The position numbers and the translations under genes are program-made. This document shows, in pieces, positions 14,501-29,500 of a stretch of 64,000 bases of DNA. How positions within the stretch are numbered: the stretch's first letter is position 1; the number at the start of each line of letters is the position of its first letter. The stretch is from Phoronis australis. Lineage: Eukaryota; Animalia; Phoronida. Location of the stretch: assembly GCA_002633005.1 (NCBI GenBank), contig NMRA01000408.1:248001-312000 (forward strand), written 5' to 3'. A model generated the notes under the pieces. That model saw nothing but the letters and a program-made list of their open reading frames with translations, searched no databases and was not told where the DNA came from.

Positions 14501-17500
14501 TGTTTTCATTTCCAAAGAGTTTTTCAGGAGCATTCCACGAGGGTGTAATTTTCATTTAACATGCGTCAAATTTCATTGCAAAAAGGAGACATTACTAAGT
14601 AAATGTTAATTATTTTTTCTAATATGACTTACAATAGGATGTTTATTATCATATTAAATCTTCCATGAATTTTTATTCTCTTTTCATTTTCCATCACTTT
14701 TCGATGCACAGAAAATTTTCAACGCATCCGAAGTTTTTCATGACATAAGTATCTTAAAATTGCTAAATAAATTTAACTTGGTTCTATGCTATCATACTTC
14801 AATGCGATACATTATAAAGGATGACCAATAGTTAACAAAAGAAAACGACAAAAAATATCATCTCCCTGTCATGACGATCCATGTCCGCCTACATACTCTT
14901 CAGATTCATTCTGGCAGAAAATGTCTGGTAAATAATCTGTATTACCTACTCCCACTCTTCCAATGTCATCATAACGACCCATTATTCTCAGAATGTTGAC
15001 GGTAATTTCCGCGACATGAGCAATACAATAAGCAATACCTTGTCAACAAGTTGGTTAACAATGTATTATGTAACAGCCTACTGTACTTATGCTACACATT
15101 CCGCAACAAAGGGAACGTTTTACTATCTTTGATCGGTCAAAATTTACTTTTTTCCAATAGCACAACTTCTGGCTTTAACACGTCTCCAAGCATAAAATTC
15201 GGGTCGCAGATTGTCATAATTTATGAAAATCCCATTTACAAACTAAGGATAGTCACTATCCACCCAGGTAATGAGAAACGCATCGTGAACAATTTAATAC
15301 CGCTGTGCGCTTGAAAAACGCAACCAAAACTTACTATTTGTTTACACTTCCTGAAAGAAAAGCACCTCTCATTTGTAATAATGCGATGACAGGTGACTCG
15401 GTCAACTAAGCATGCGTAGGACAATTTTGTTGGCAACGTGATACATTTCGATTAGATCCTAACTGGAGAAACCATTCCATTTTATCAACTCTCCATTAAA
15501 TTCCCCCTTCAATCCCCGTGATGAAAGATGGCTGCTTATGACAGTCAAATTCCATTTCCACCCATCTGGCATGGAGGGGCAATTTCGCTGACTTCCAGTC
15601 ATCATGACAAGGGATAACTGGTCATTTTGTTTGATTATTTTAGGTATATCAGCGCTCGACGCTTAACGCCGAGTCGCATTTAGCGACCTAGCAAAAATCC
15701 CAGGTCGCCAAATGAAATCTGAGGTCGCTAAAACTTGCCCAATTTTTGCCAGACAATTCCGACATCCGTCTGTTTACTTTCTGATGTAATTTAAGCGTGT
15801 GTTTGATGTGTGCTGACTGCTGTGGTGCCAAATGCACTGATATCACGAAATAGACGGAACAATCGTGAATGAAAGGAGATGAATCTAGGAAAACTTAGTA
15901 ATTTGGAAGCCAACTTTGAAATGAATTTAGAGGATAATTATTGTCCCACTTTAATACTCGCAGTGGGTACTTTGTGGGTACTTAGTGGGTACTTTGTGGG
16001 TATTTCGAGGCGACTTCGTGGCGACTTGAAATTTTTCCCAGGTTGCCTAACACAATATGACGTAGCATATAATAGAGACAAGTACTGGTCTTACCTTCAC
16101 ACGAGAGGCCATGTGACATGACCCCAGACAAGGCTTCACGACAGACGTTGCAATATGTAGGCCGGGCATGTGAACATGCGTACCAGTTATGCTGGGCTGA
16201 CATCATGGCGTGGTGATCATTAGCCTAAAACACAACACAGTCATCTACATGAGTCTAAATGTATGCAAATTATTCGCATCAATCAGGATAAAATTTGAGC
16301 AGGCACATTAGCGAGACTTGCTCAAGACTGGCACAACCTGACACAACGCCTTGGAATTACCTTCACCATACACTTTCCTGCCCTACATCAGATCAACAAC
16401 TGCTGCTGATGGCTGGAATCACATCGTCTGGTAGACTACAATCACAATACTCATTCTAGGAGAGAATTTGTTTTAACTAAAAACAAACATTTCTTACTAC
16501 AAAGCAAATAAAACAAGGATGGATTTAATTTGTGGTTTCAGTGACCTTTCCTTGGTTTAAGTACACACTGCCTCTGACTTTCAGACATGGTACTCCACCC
16601 AACAAGAGTAAGAAATTTTGTCGTAGACAATAGGGAGGAAGTTTGTACGTCAGCCCTAGCAACATTACTCCAAACTGCAGACGAACAATATGGCAGTAGA
16701 CTATTGACTTGCACTAACACATTTGTTCAAACCCTTAAAATTCAACAAAAAGTACTGTAAAGCTTCTTCAAATTAGAACACAATATGGCGGAACACTGTT
16801 ATTTCATCAAAATTTTCAACAAGAATAAGCAAGAAGACAATTTTACTTTATTATTCGAAAACTACATACAGCTGTCATCAGCAAACACACGGTAAAATTC
16901 TGAATATTTTTGGCAATACAACGAGCATTTGAAAAATGAAAAATTTAAGGACAATTTTGGCCATAATTTTTGTAAAACAGAGACTAAAGTGGTATTTTTC
17001 AGTTACAACTTTTGACCCAATAAAAATTGTCATAGAGAAGTTGCCAGTCACACTTTCTGTCCCTATAATATTGTGGATTCTTACTGGCACACACTTGACT
17101 AAACATTGGCGATTTATTTAGATCAGACAGTTAGCCGACAGTACCTGTGTTTACTCAGAGCACCAGCTTTTGCATTGCCAGAGTACAAAAGTGTCTTTGC
17201 CGCTTGACTCAGATTTTTTTTGACTCAGATTCTTATTCTGGTATTCAAGCCAGAAGTTGACAAGAACTTAAATGCAACGTGCTTCATTCACGGACAGTTT
17301 GAGCAGTTGAATATTTTTGTGCGACTTATTTGAATATCCTGTCGCACAACAATGATAACTAAACAGAAAAAAGGTTGCAAAGAATAAAAAACACTGGTCA
17401 ATATCTCACGACATTAAATCAATACAAGAATACAGAACAATACCCCAGCGCCATCTAGCGGCCCAGCACATTTCATCACGTCGCCACCTTGGCCATTAAA

Positions 17501-20500
17501 TTCACAAAGAGACCGTTGTCAAGAGTCATGTGCTTTACTAATCTCAGGCAAGGCATTAATATTTCCAAGGGCACCTTCCTGCTTAATGAGAAAACACAAG
17601 ATGTGTAATATATATCAAGACTCCATTTCCACCTTGATACCTGATCCACATGCCGGTGAAATTGACGGATGAGTTTCCACAGTTACACAACTCATGTCAA
17701 AATTTTGATGAGGAGCTTTCCCAGTCCTCCCATGACAGATTATTAAAAAGTGCTGATGAACCAAAAATGTTACTGCTAGGTAAAACTTTATTTAACAAGT
17801 GCAATTACTATAGTTGGTTACCCTTAAACAGGGTTGGAAGTCTGTTCATTGAAAGTGTAGAATTTAGTGTAATGCATATCACACTTGAATTGCACACCAA
17901 TTATTAAGCTGCACACGTTGAAACTGTGATCACACGAAGACATTTTTTTGAAGAAATAATACAGCGAATAAAACTGCTGGGAAATCATGCCTTACAAAAT
18001 AACGTATTTACTCGGAGATTCGACTTTTTGCTATAACCTCGTCACTAAACCATTTGAATTTTTACCAATTAGCGATAAACGTGTGAACTAAAGCATTCAT
18101 TCGGTGCATTGGCTGGCATTCAAATAACTAACTTATAATTTGATGCCATTAGGTCAGACTCTGACAGAACATGATAACAGGCGATTTGATTCGTCATTGT
18201 TAGAAAAAGGCAAAAAGGCGAAATATAACCCTAAATTTCCTAAGGGAATTATAGACAGTTACTACTAGCACACTCAACAAGTATTTTGAATTCTGATATA
18301 TCGGGATACGTATGTCTATTTCACAAATTAGTTTGAAAAATTTGGAAGGACCCTCAGCTCTGCTTGAGCTGTATTAACCAGAGTGAAATTACTGAGTTGA
18401 GGGAAGTACATCTTTAAATAGAGAAAAGAAAATACTGAAATTAATTACTGTTTCACTGATTAATTATAGTCAAGTGTGGATTTCTGCAAAATTATTTATA
18501 CAATAGGCACGTCAGTATGTTGATTCTAGTCTTTCTTTGACTGCAGGGTGACGACACTTCCACAGTTAATCACAATTCACACATTTGTGCATTATCCAAA
18601 TACATAGGCTAAAAGCTTGAAAACTGAATAGTTTCAAACATTATTCCTTTTTGTATGCTTAGTTTGTATGGTGCAACATAAATAATGAAACTAAGACCAG
18701 CATAAAATTTGTGGTCAGTTCAAATTTCAGAGATACGGGCTCAAACAATATATCCTACTCGCATACTGGCTTAACACTGGAATTTTTGCAAGCTTATTTT
18801 GTTGAGTGGAAACTTTGAAAATGCCAGTAATGAGAATGTTTATTATGACGTGTAATCTTTGTTGGTGGGTTCCACTCCAAAACTGCAGGAAGCGTTGCAG
18901 CGGACAAGGAGCATGTTTTAACACAAATTCCAACTACAAAATTTCATGGTCCAGTCGTGAGAAGTCACCTGCTGTGGAAAATGACACTTTTTGGATGTCA
19001 CGCATGTCACACAAAATTAACGTGAAAACATTATGCCATACGTGAACCTTAAGGTAAAAAATTGAAGCCTATGATGCTTAATTTGAGAATTCAAAAATCA
19101 GAGGCATATTTTAAAAACATAATTTTTGAGGTCAGCATTTGCACCAACAGTCGTTTCTGGTGAATGCATTGGACTAACCTGTAAGAGTTAAATAAAACGC
19201 GTTTAGCTATGGATATTTTCCTGCCCATATAAGACCAAGTGCCCGTAGCGTTTTTGCTACCAATCGAGCGAAAATGCCAGTCATGTGCGCATTAGTGTTA
19301 CTTTTTCCGTATGCTTTCATTAGGTGTTCTTAATAGTATGGAATGGGTGTTCACCTGAACTCAGTGACAGCAGCTGTTATCTATAAAATGTATTAATTAT
19401 TAGATGCCCAGTTCCCATCTGGTTACCTAAGCGAGCCCCAGACTTCATCATTAATTTCTCTAAGAAGACAGCGAGATGCTTAACTGCACATCCTAGAAAC
19501 TTCATTCGATTAACTTGACTTGTGTGTATGAAGTCCTTTTTTCTTAGTATAGTGCGTGTATGGTCCTCCTTTCTCAGTTCTAGTCACATGCTCTAGAATT
19601 CCGCGACAATGGGGTCCCTTTCATCAAAGGTTGTATATCCACTCGCAGCATTTTCATTGCAAAAATTTGCAATTCTGATGTAAACTTGACTGCTGTTGTT
19701 CATAATATTACTCACATTTACCGGCGACCTTGACCTAAGTGAAGATAAAAGTGACTTAAACCAGTCCTTAGCTAAAGACTGGGCAAACAAAATACGCTCG
19801 AGGAGAACACTACTTAACTATTGAATCATGTAGTTATCATCAAATTTTTGCACGGATTTCAGGCCTGTTGTGAATTGACTTGAATCATTCCAACCAAATT
19901 AGAGCATTTCCGGTGGGGGGAATGTATCCTTGCAGATAAGCCAAATTTACTACTGAAGAGTTTCAACAACCTGATGGACAGTTAGTGCCGGGTAAATAAT
20001 TCTCACGGGCCCATTTGGCATAAAAATCTGGGGGCCCGCAGTCGCCACAATTTTACACAAGCCACCCAAGACACGTACCCCAATCGCCAATAGTTGCAAG
20101 ATACCTACAGTCATATTTTTTCACCCAATCCCACACCAGTACAACTTTTGAGGGTCCCTTCTGGTATCGGGGCCTACAATTTGTGCAGGGTCCTAAACAA
20201 AGATGTATCTTTGCTTAAAGGAAATTTCAGGATTTCTGAGCAATAATTAGTGGCAAAGGTTGGCGTCTAAATGACTCTCACCAGAAAACTGAAAAAATTG
20301 TGGAAAAATTTAGTCGGAATCCTTTAATGGCTAATTTATTACAGAAGTTCTTTCTGCAAAATAATCTCTGAGGTCTGTGGAACACCCCGTATAATTTCCT
20401 TGCATCATCAGACTTCAAGGAAACCTGGCAAAAATTCTCAGTGGGAAGGCACCTACTTATAGACACGGTACTTATTAACGGATTCATAATTTGCACAAAT

Positions 20501-23500
20501 TTCCTACAAAATGAAACCTGACATGCTGAGATTGCGTGGGAGAAAACAGCTTCAAGTAATTAGTGAATTGAATGTGTTTAAGGCACAGTTAATAGTAGGC
20601 TATTTACTAGACACTTTTTGATGGCGTGATGAGGGGGCAGAAGCCCAATCCACAACAGCTGCAGCCTTCCTGCATGCAGGAGAATAACAAGTTAGTAAGG
20701 CAATTGGATTTTTGACGCCATAATAGTCATTGCAAACGAACCCCCATGAGAGGCCTACCACACAATCACTGTCGATAGTGAGGTGGTTAGGGACTTATGC
20801 AGGAATGCTGATATTTGACTTCAGAGAACAATTAAGGCACCATGTCTTGCAAACAGCAGTATTGACGAGATCTCAAGCCTTTCAGCCTGTAAAGCATTGC
20901 CAGTAAACAGCACAACAACCACTTACGTGTTGAAAGATAACTGCCGTATTCATAACTACCATAAAAAATCATAATGGCCTGTAAATGGAAAAAAAATCCA
21001 CCCACAATTATATCTTCTGATAGTTACGTGTTCAGCGTAACCTCACTGTTCAAGAAGGTCAATCTCGTCTAATTTTTTTCCACAGATGCGGAACTGGCAC
21101 GACACGTATTGTTTATATAACCAAAACAAATCACAATACTACTGATAACTTTTTTAATCGTCACGTTCTCACATTTTACACATACGCAATTTCAACGGAG
21201 AAATATTTTGTTGATATCGCAACGAATGCAAGAGAGATTACTGTGAGCATTATGAGAGTAACTAAGAGAGAAGTTGACTCCACTTTTCAGATTTTGCTCT
21301 CATTAGCACGACAAGCCAGTGGCCGTTGCTACCTGATTACCAGTCACGCTTCCTGTGAACAGACTTCCTTCACGTGACCTGGTATTTTGTCATATTACTT
21401 TCGTCATGTTCTGTACCTACAACTATAAATCATTATGCATGAGAAACACTAACTGCTTCTTCCTGGTATGGCTATTATGAAAGCTGTGAAAAAACATGTG
21501 CAACTCAGGTTTGATACGTATTACTTTACATAAACATCAAATACAAGTGTCATGTTTTGCCATAGAGGGCTACAACAAGATTCTTACATTTAATGGGACA
21601 AGCTCAGAGGTACCAGAGATGCAATAACACAGTGCCTTTGCCAGGGGGAACACTGGTACTTTGACAAGGAAGCAATTGAGAGAGAGTGGCGCGAACAAAA
21701 AAGACAAATAATCTTAAGTGGTCTAAAATGAAAATGGACTTTGTTTCATACAAAAGAAAACGTTTTCTTTAGCAATATGATAGCACGAATTTAGTGTCTT
21801 TTGTTAGACACAATTGAAACTTCTAGCGTTGCAACAAGATAAGCTGCGTAGACATAATTTCCTTCATTTATGGACATTTTGAGACAATGGACATTTTTGT
21901 GTGAATCGGTTTGCGTAACATGCTCCACAACAGTGGCAATTTTATAGCATACGATGCCTAAATTCATACAAGAATGTAGAATGCTCTCCATCAACTACCG
22001 TCTCGCCATCTAGTAACAAGATGTATTTCACCAGCTACCGTTACGCGACGACTATTGGGACTACTAATTCAAAGAATCATTTTCAAATTGACTTTCCAGG
22101 AAAGCCCTGTAACTTAAGGAAAAGATTCAATACCTTTTAATCTAATTCTTAAATTTTCCTTCCCAAAAAGCCCCAATGTTGTAGCCTCCCAGTGGCCCTA
22201 AACCAGACAGGCATTAGCAGGCAATTAGTTCAAAATGCAAAAGAACCTCACAGTAGGGAAGATTAGTACTAAGTACTACAGTAATCCTCATTATGTCTAG
22301 GGGCACGGAGAGATAAAACAGCTTAAGATCGCTTACTCAAGGGAAGGAAAGTAAACCCACTCAGACAGATCTCCAATCACAGAACTCTTAGACATTCAAA
22401 AGCAAAATCCTCAGGTGTCCCTCTGGCTCATCAGTCGAAGCAAGCATTTTGTAGACGCCAGAACCTTGTGGATAATGCATTAGTTCACTAAAGACTTTGT
22501 GAGATATTGCAAGGACCAGAGTCTGTCTGAAACTGCTTACCATCAGAATTCTTTTTACTACTATTATTGCTGGGTGGACCTTGAAACATTCACCAGGTAT
22601 GAGTGACTCGCTCATTTTACATGTCCGATTCAAAATGACACTTTTGATACGGCCATACAATGACATGGAACAAACTGACATCATGGTGTGAACGAAATTC
22701 AATACAGCACCGAAGCTCTTGTTCTATCTAAATGCTAAATGGTACCAAGGTATTGGCAATTATAGGTGTATAATTGTCTCTCACAATGAGACCTATAGCC
22801 ATTTCCAGAGATATTGTACCTCTCTCATTCTGCGGAATTCACCCACAATGTAATAGTTTCTGCAGGGCACCTGAGGTCCACAGCTGTATGCTGCTGCAAG
22901 GAACATATCTATATCACTTTAAGTTTTGAAATGCTGAGCAACGCATGATAAATTGTTTAAATTTCTGACTTGGCTGAGCAGCATGACACCCTCGCCATTC
23001 AAATTTCACCACATTCTTTAGGATTATAAAGATCACTCTGATGCATTGTCCAACCAGGTTACAATCATCAAAGGAACAGCAGTCACTTTACAGGTTATTT
23101 CTCTTTACTTCTGTTGTAGTCAACTGATCTTTGCCATTCGCACAATGAAAAAGTGCAACTTTCAATGAAAGAACAGTGCACAAAATAGTCAGGAAAGAAT
23201 GTCGCCACCAACGGGCAGTGGTTAAGCACACTGACAGACATCTCTGTTCACTAATCCTAAACAAAGAACCAAATGCAGCCACTAGCAGTTATAAGTGCCT
23301 ATTAATTATTATCTCAACCAATAAGAAGCATTGATAATTTCACAGTTATCAGTTGGGAAATACCAAACACAGGAGGGTCTAATGTCAGTACATCCCTAAC
23401 TTTCACAAACTTGGTTAAACATATAACGGATTTTTTACCTCGGTCTCCAAAAGAGGAGTTTACTTTGGGATGCGAATGGCACCACTCATTTGTGCGGTGG

Positions 23501-26500
23501 TGCAGGCTAAGGGTAAATTGGCTGCCAGGTGACGTCAGGGATTTGGTGCGTCATCCTGAGTTGCATCAAAGTATAGCTTCCTTTCAATAAAGTGTTACAA
23601 ATACTGTTTCTTGTCAAGATTACACAACACCAATTTTGACATAACAAATACAGTATATCCACCATGCAATAGGCAAAATACAATGATTGTATGCCGTTTT
23701 ATGGCCCAATTGCAATGTAAATGGCTGCCAGGTCACGTCAGGGATTTGCTACGTCATTTTGAGTTGCGTCAAACTACAGCTTCCTTCTAATAAAGTGTTA
23801 CAAACAGTGTTTCTTGTCGTCAAGATTACACAACACCATAACAAATACAGTATATCCACCATGCAGTAGGCAAAATATAATGACTTCATGTCGTTTTATG
23901 GCCATTGCAGGAAACACATCTAAGGAGCATCCAATCTCACGTAGGCTCGATATAAACAACACAAAAGTACCATATTCCAGATTAATGATCCTGTAAAGCT
24001 CTAAAGGCAACTCCTGCACTAACATTTGGGGTTTTGTTACCCCAGACTGTGCCTAACCCACCCTAATCAATTCACTGTAATTATTAAATTATGTGTGTGG
24101 CTTAGCTGCACTGCTAAAGAAAACATTCGTCAATTCATCGACGTAAAAAATTTAAAGGTGGCTGACATCTTCTTTTCAATGTTAAAAACAGACAAGTCGG
24201 TCGTTTGCATTACTTACAGTACATTTTTTGACTTTGACTTTGACTTTTGACTCAAACGTTACTAGGCCTCATGAATACTGAGACTAGCTCACAGACTGTG
24301 ACACCCATCTGCAATGTCATGTTCAACCCCCGAGTGTTGAATTTCACAATTTAAGTAATAACCAATAAAAAATTACACATAAAAAGTGGAACCATATATC
24401 ACTTCAATGGAGCTTCGCCAATAGTCTACTAAATACATGTATATCAATGAGGAAACCAGCACTAAAACAGGAAAGAGAGCAAAGCAATGCAAATCACTAA
24501 ATAAGTTGTAGCCTCACCCTTCCTCAATGTAGTAAACAGCAGAGGATATGACTGAACTGGATGCCAATCATTATGAGTACACCAGCTTGGCCTGAGGCAA
24601 CATGTACCCTAACTTGCATAACAGGTTTTTGTATTGTGGTATGCTCATTGACACATGCATACAGCTGTACATGTATTGTAGGGGGAGGCCTTGGTGTGTT
24701 AACATTTCTCAAGCCAAATTAAGCATTTTGCAAAAGCATAATACCGTAACCTTGAATGCCCATGCCCACCTAATCGCCCCTCACCCTCCAACCTTTGCCA
24801 AATTTCAATGTAAGCGTCCATTGTTCGGGTAATCCCACATCCCCCACTTTGAGCAAGTTTCAGCCTCTAGAATAATCACCCATCTCCAACTTACTCCCTA
24901 ACAGAACTTGAGCTCTTGTGTAGGTTTGCCTTGGGCTCGGACTTCAGTGTTTGCAGAAAACACTGCTTACTTACGATAGTCTCGAAAACTGCGTTTTTTG
25001 CCAGCATTTTTGGATTAACTTAAGTTCTGCAACTACCTTTTCTTAAACTTATTAACTGGTATTTTGTTAAATTAATATAGGCCAACATCGCAGATTTTTG
25101 TAAAACTTGCGCTTTACTATGAGATTACGTAGCCATTGTTCAGTAATAATCTCGATTGGATTCCCGTGAAGTTACTCGCGCGTACAAGTTGCACGCATGG
25201 AAAATGTGATTTTGCTAGATTTATCTCCCAGGTCGACCCTGAGATTTGAATAGAGCAATTAGTCACAACACCCTCTCGCTGCAGAAAGGTACTAAGATTG
25301 AAGCAAATTATAACCAGGTAAGACCGTTTGTGGTACCATAAACACCGAGGAAATTTCATTAGGTTCAGTACTAGCACACTCAATAACTTTTTTTGCCCCC
25401 ATACTGGGAATTTCTATCCATTTATGTCCATTTCCCAAAATCCTGGAAAAAATTCAGACCAAGTACATCAGCCTTGTACACACATAGCTTGTACAGCTAT
25501 ATCAACGAGACGGACATTGAGGATGGAAATCTACCCAATGACAGGTATGCTGGTGTTTTGCTATGCAGCAAACTGCTGGAAAGAAATGGCGAACAGGACT
25601 TGCCACATTATGCACCTGTCAACAAGAAATACATATGAACATGTTACCTGGAATTTTCGCAAACAGGCAAATTTTCGCCAATTTCAAAATAATTGGCGCG
25701 AGTCCTCACGTTCACACAAAGTGAAAGTGTTTCGCTAGTATTAGTTCACCACTTTACAAGCGTGAACTATTGAAGTGATTGGTCGACGAGGCTTAAATGT
25801 TGATTTACGAGAGAAAATTAGGTAAACTCATTATTTGCGTTCCATATGTCAAGGTCTTGGAGGTGAATCGGGCAAGAGCTGAATGTGATCCTTCACAACT
25901 TAATGCAATAAGACTTCCAGACCTTTCAGTATTCTAAATTCCTGAGAACTGTTGAGTATTGACACTGGAGGTCCACAGCGCTCTTAGAGACCTGAAGACA
26001 ATAGATTTGTTCACCTGTCGCCATAGTAATCAATAACACCTGTAAGTACACCAACTGTCAGAGATTATAGGAGGTGTGGGTGGAGACTGATATGCATCAG
26101 AGTGGAGTGGAGTAGGAGGATCAATAACTACCACCAAAGCATAACGCTTTGTAGGATTTTCATGAATAACGACAGTACCCACCAAAAACAGTACTGTTGT
26201 TTCAACAAATAACTGCCAGTTTTGTTTACACATGGCAGGAAATTCTTCTGTTCTGGCAGGATTATCCTCAGTTCTGTGGCGAAACGCGCAAGAAAAAAGG
26301 TCAGATTCTCATTATTTCCCGAGATTTGAGACATTAGCGCCCGTTTTCAAAATGAAAACATTTTGGCTAATAAACACCTTTAATTTAAGGAAAAAACTAA
26401 TTTGATCCGTTTCAGATGTAAATTATATTAAAATTATCAATGTAAATAATTCACAAATTTTCATATGAAGCACAAAATCTAAAATCCCTATTGATACCTG

Positions 26501-29500
26501 AGCATATTTTTACAAGAAAATTCTGTCTCGGCATACTTTGGTAACACTCCTTCCTTCAAGAATGTTTTGTTTACCGTAAATGTGAATACCCATGCTCCCA
26601 CAAACACCAAACCCATTACTTTAAAAAATTTCCGGATTAAGTGTCCAAAACTCAGATAAGCGCCTGCCCCCTACTTTAAAGAATTTCCAATTAGCGCCTG
26701 TGGGTGCTTGGGTGTAGAGCCCCGACCATAATTTGCTTAAGCAAATTGATTTTCGATGCAGTAAGGTGCGTTTTCAAATGCTGAAACCAGATCAATTTCT
26801 AGTTGCAGAGTTGAGGTCCCACAAGGCATGCCGGGTATCTTATAATCTGTAATGGGTATTCTACAATGTACTAAGACAAGAGCATTGTTAATATCAACAC
26901 TTACAAAGACTATTCACCCACAAAAATTACTCTCATTCTACACTACAACAAATTTTCACTAAAAAAGAACCCCTCTTTTCCCTCAATTCCAGGCTCAGCT
27001 ATTCATAATCTACATGGGGTAACAAAACAAGTATGTTCCTAACCAGGACTATAACCCCTTTGTTAAGTTGTATTTAGTTACACAGTGCAACTAGTGCAGG
27101 TGTATGACTAAGAGCAAAGCTTACAAAGAACTGCTTTCACTGACTTTGCATGTCAGTTTCAAAAGGCCCACGATTTACAAACCTCCAAAAAATTCTAAGC
27201 CATCATGCAGACTTCTGCTATCTCCTCCAAGTCCAAAATGTCAGTTTAAACTAATGAGGCAAATCCTGGTGTTGTGTAACCTCCGAAGGTTTGAGGTCAT
27301 GTGACATTTTGTGGCTTATTTTTTCCATATAATTGGCACCTAATCAGTGCCAAGGTAGGAAACTCAAATCACCGGATAATGGAAATCCAAGTCGGAAGTA
27401 TTTCGCTTCTCGTTTCATGGGAAACTAATTATTGAATACGTAAACAACATAAGTTACAAGATTTGTGCTTGTGAAATTTGCACCGTATCGATCCCGTGCA
27501 TCAATGTCACCTGATCAGTTGTGTGGAAATTATAAACAGGATGTTTTGCAATCATTTGAGTTGCTAATTTGGACCTTAACGAGAAAATGGAGGGGCATTC
27601 ATATGGTAGGTCAGTCCTAAAATTTTGTAGGTAAACTCTCAGTTCAACTTTGCCTTTCTCAAGCTGTGTACAAAGCTTCATGTCAGTTAGACAGTGCAGA
27701 TTTGACTTCAGCCTCAGTAACTGTACTTGCGGGAAATTCACTGAACTTTTGAGTCTCATTGTGAACTTCAGTTTCGAGTCATGGGTGGCCAGAGTTTAAG
27801 GTTAAGCATCCATGATCTGGTAAGCGCCCAACCTAATTTCTTGAAATTTATGATTTAAGCACTAATCTCTGTTTAAGTCCGCACCCCTTGGCTTGCAAAT
27901 TTAAGCACCCTGAGGATGTTAACACAAATAATAACTAGTAAAATTTTAAATATTTTCTTTCTTATCAGAACCAGTATACTAGTGGAACTATAGCACTAAC
28001 TGTTATTACTGATTAAGTTGTATCTTGAATAAATATAGCCCGCAATACATCTGGTCAGATTTTTAACGAAACACCTTGGTAATCAAAACACACTTTACGC
28101 AATCATATCGAGAGTGCTTTCGGAGCACCAAAAGCTGCAGCTTCGGCAAACTACTGGTCAACACACCAAAAAGACACAAGCATATAGTAGAATTGAGAAA
28201 AGATTTAACTCGCTTATGAATTAACGTATACATGCCCCGCACGCATTACACGCCATTTCTACACCTGTTCAGCACACAATGTAAGGAGTGCAGGTGGCCT
28301 GATGCCTTTTGCGGTACATCAGACGTGTTTAGGCCACAAGGCAGGGCCCAATATATCAGACAAATGAATTTTATTTTGTCAACTACGTAACAAAAATAAA
28401 TACTGAAGTAATTTCGGTCTCTTGTGTTATGAACATGGTTTGCACTTTGTAGATGCTATAAAACCTTGGGTAAAGTCTTCATTTACAACAACCAGTCTTT
28501 GAAAAATATAACAAGATCAAATTTGACGATAATTTTCGTGTAAAATAAAATTTACAGCATAACTTTTACGTGTTATCTGAAAACATCCGATATCCAAATC
28601 CAGAGTTCAGGGCAACTGTCAGGCGCTAAGTAAAACTTAGAGGCCGTAAATCGTACATAAAACACACAAAAAATGTCTGACAGCACGTACCTGATGGAGA
28701 GGTTCTGACTGTGCCCTTGCGGCAGGGGGCGGAACCGGGGCGCTGTCTCCAATCCAGAACTTGGCAACAGACTGGTCGTCACTCATAACTATGTATGGCA
28801 GGTAACACAGTCACTGACAACTTTAACTGACAACTGGGCAGTTAGTTTGCTTTTCTATAGTTTAAATACACAGTGAGAGCAGAACCAGACAGTGTCGCTT
28901 GTTTAATAGTCAGGTATGAAAATCCAATAACGCTAACACGATTATTGTTCAATGCTCAATGCCATCAACTGAACTTTGCAGCTGAAGACTCCATAAGACT
29001 GTGTTGCTAGAACACCAGTAGCCAATAAATCACGTTCTCCAAGCCTGGTGGTGTGACCGACTTTAATCCAGGGTTATGACTTTCTTATTAACTGCTCTGA
29101 CCTTGTTAGAGCTCACTGTCCACTCCCGACAAACGCATAGTACACATTCATTGGTCTCCACAAACGCTGATTACTGGGAAGACTCTGCACGGCGAGGATA
29201 GGCATCAATAATTAACGCAGATAATATAAGTCTTGACCGTGAATCATCTCAATAATTAACGTGAAGATAATACAGACATGGGGGGCTTAACGAGCAGCGT
29301 CCAACTGGCATGTATTTATAAGCTCTCATGCCAACAGGACAGAAGTTCGAGATCAACATCAATCAGTCTCACCACACAGACTGGCTAATGCAGATTGTAC
29401 ATGAATGAGGCTTAGTCTTGTCACAGCATGTTGATTACTCACAATACAGTTAATGAGATTGCATGCAGTGCCAAGAAATACTTGATCATTCCATCCTGAT

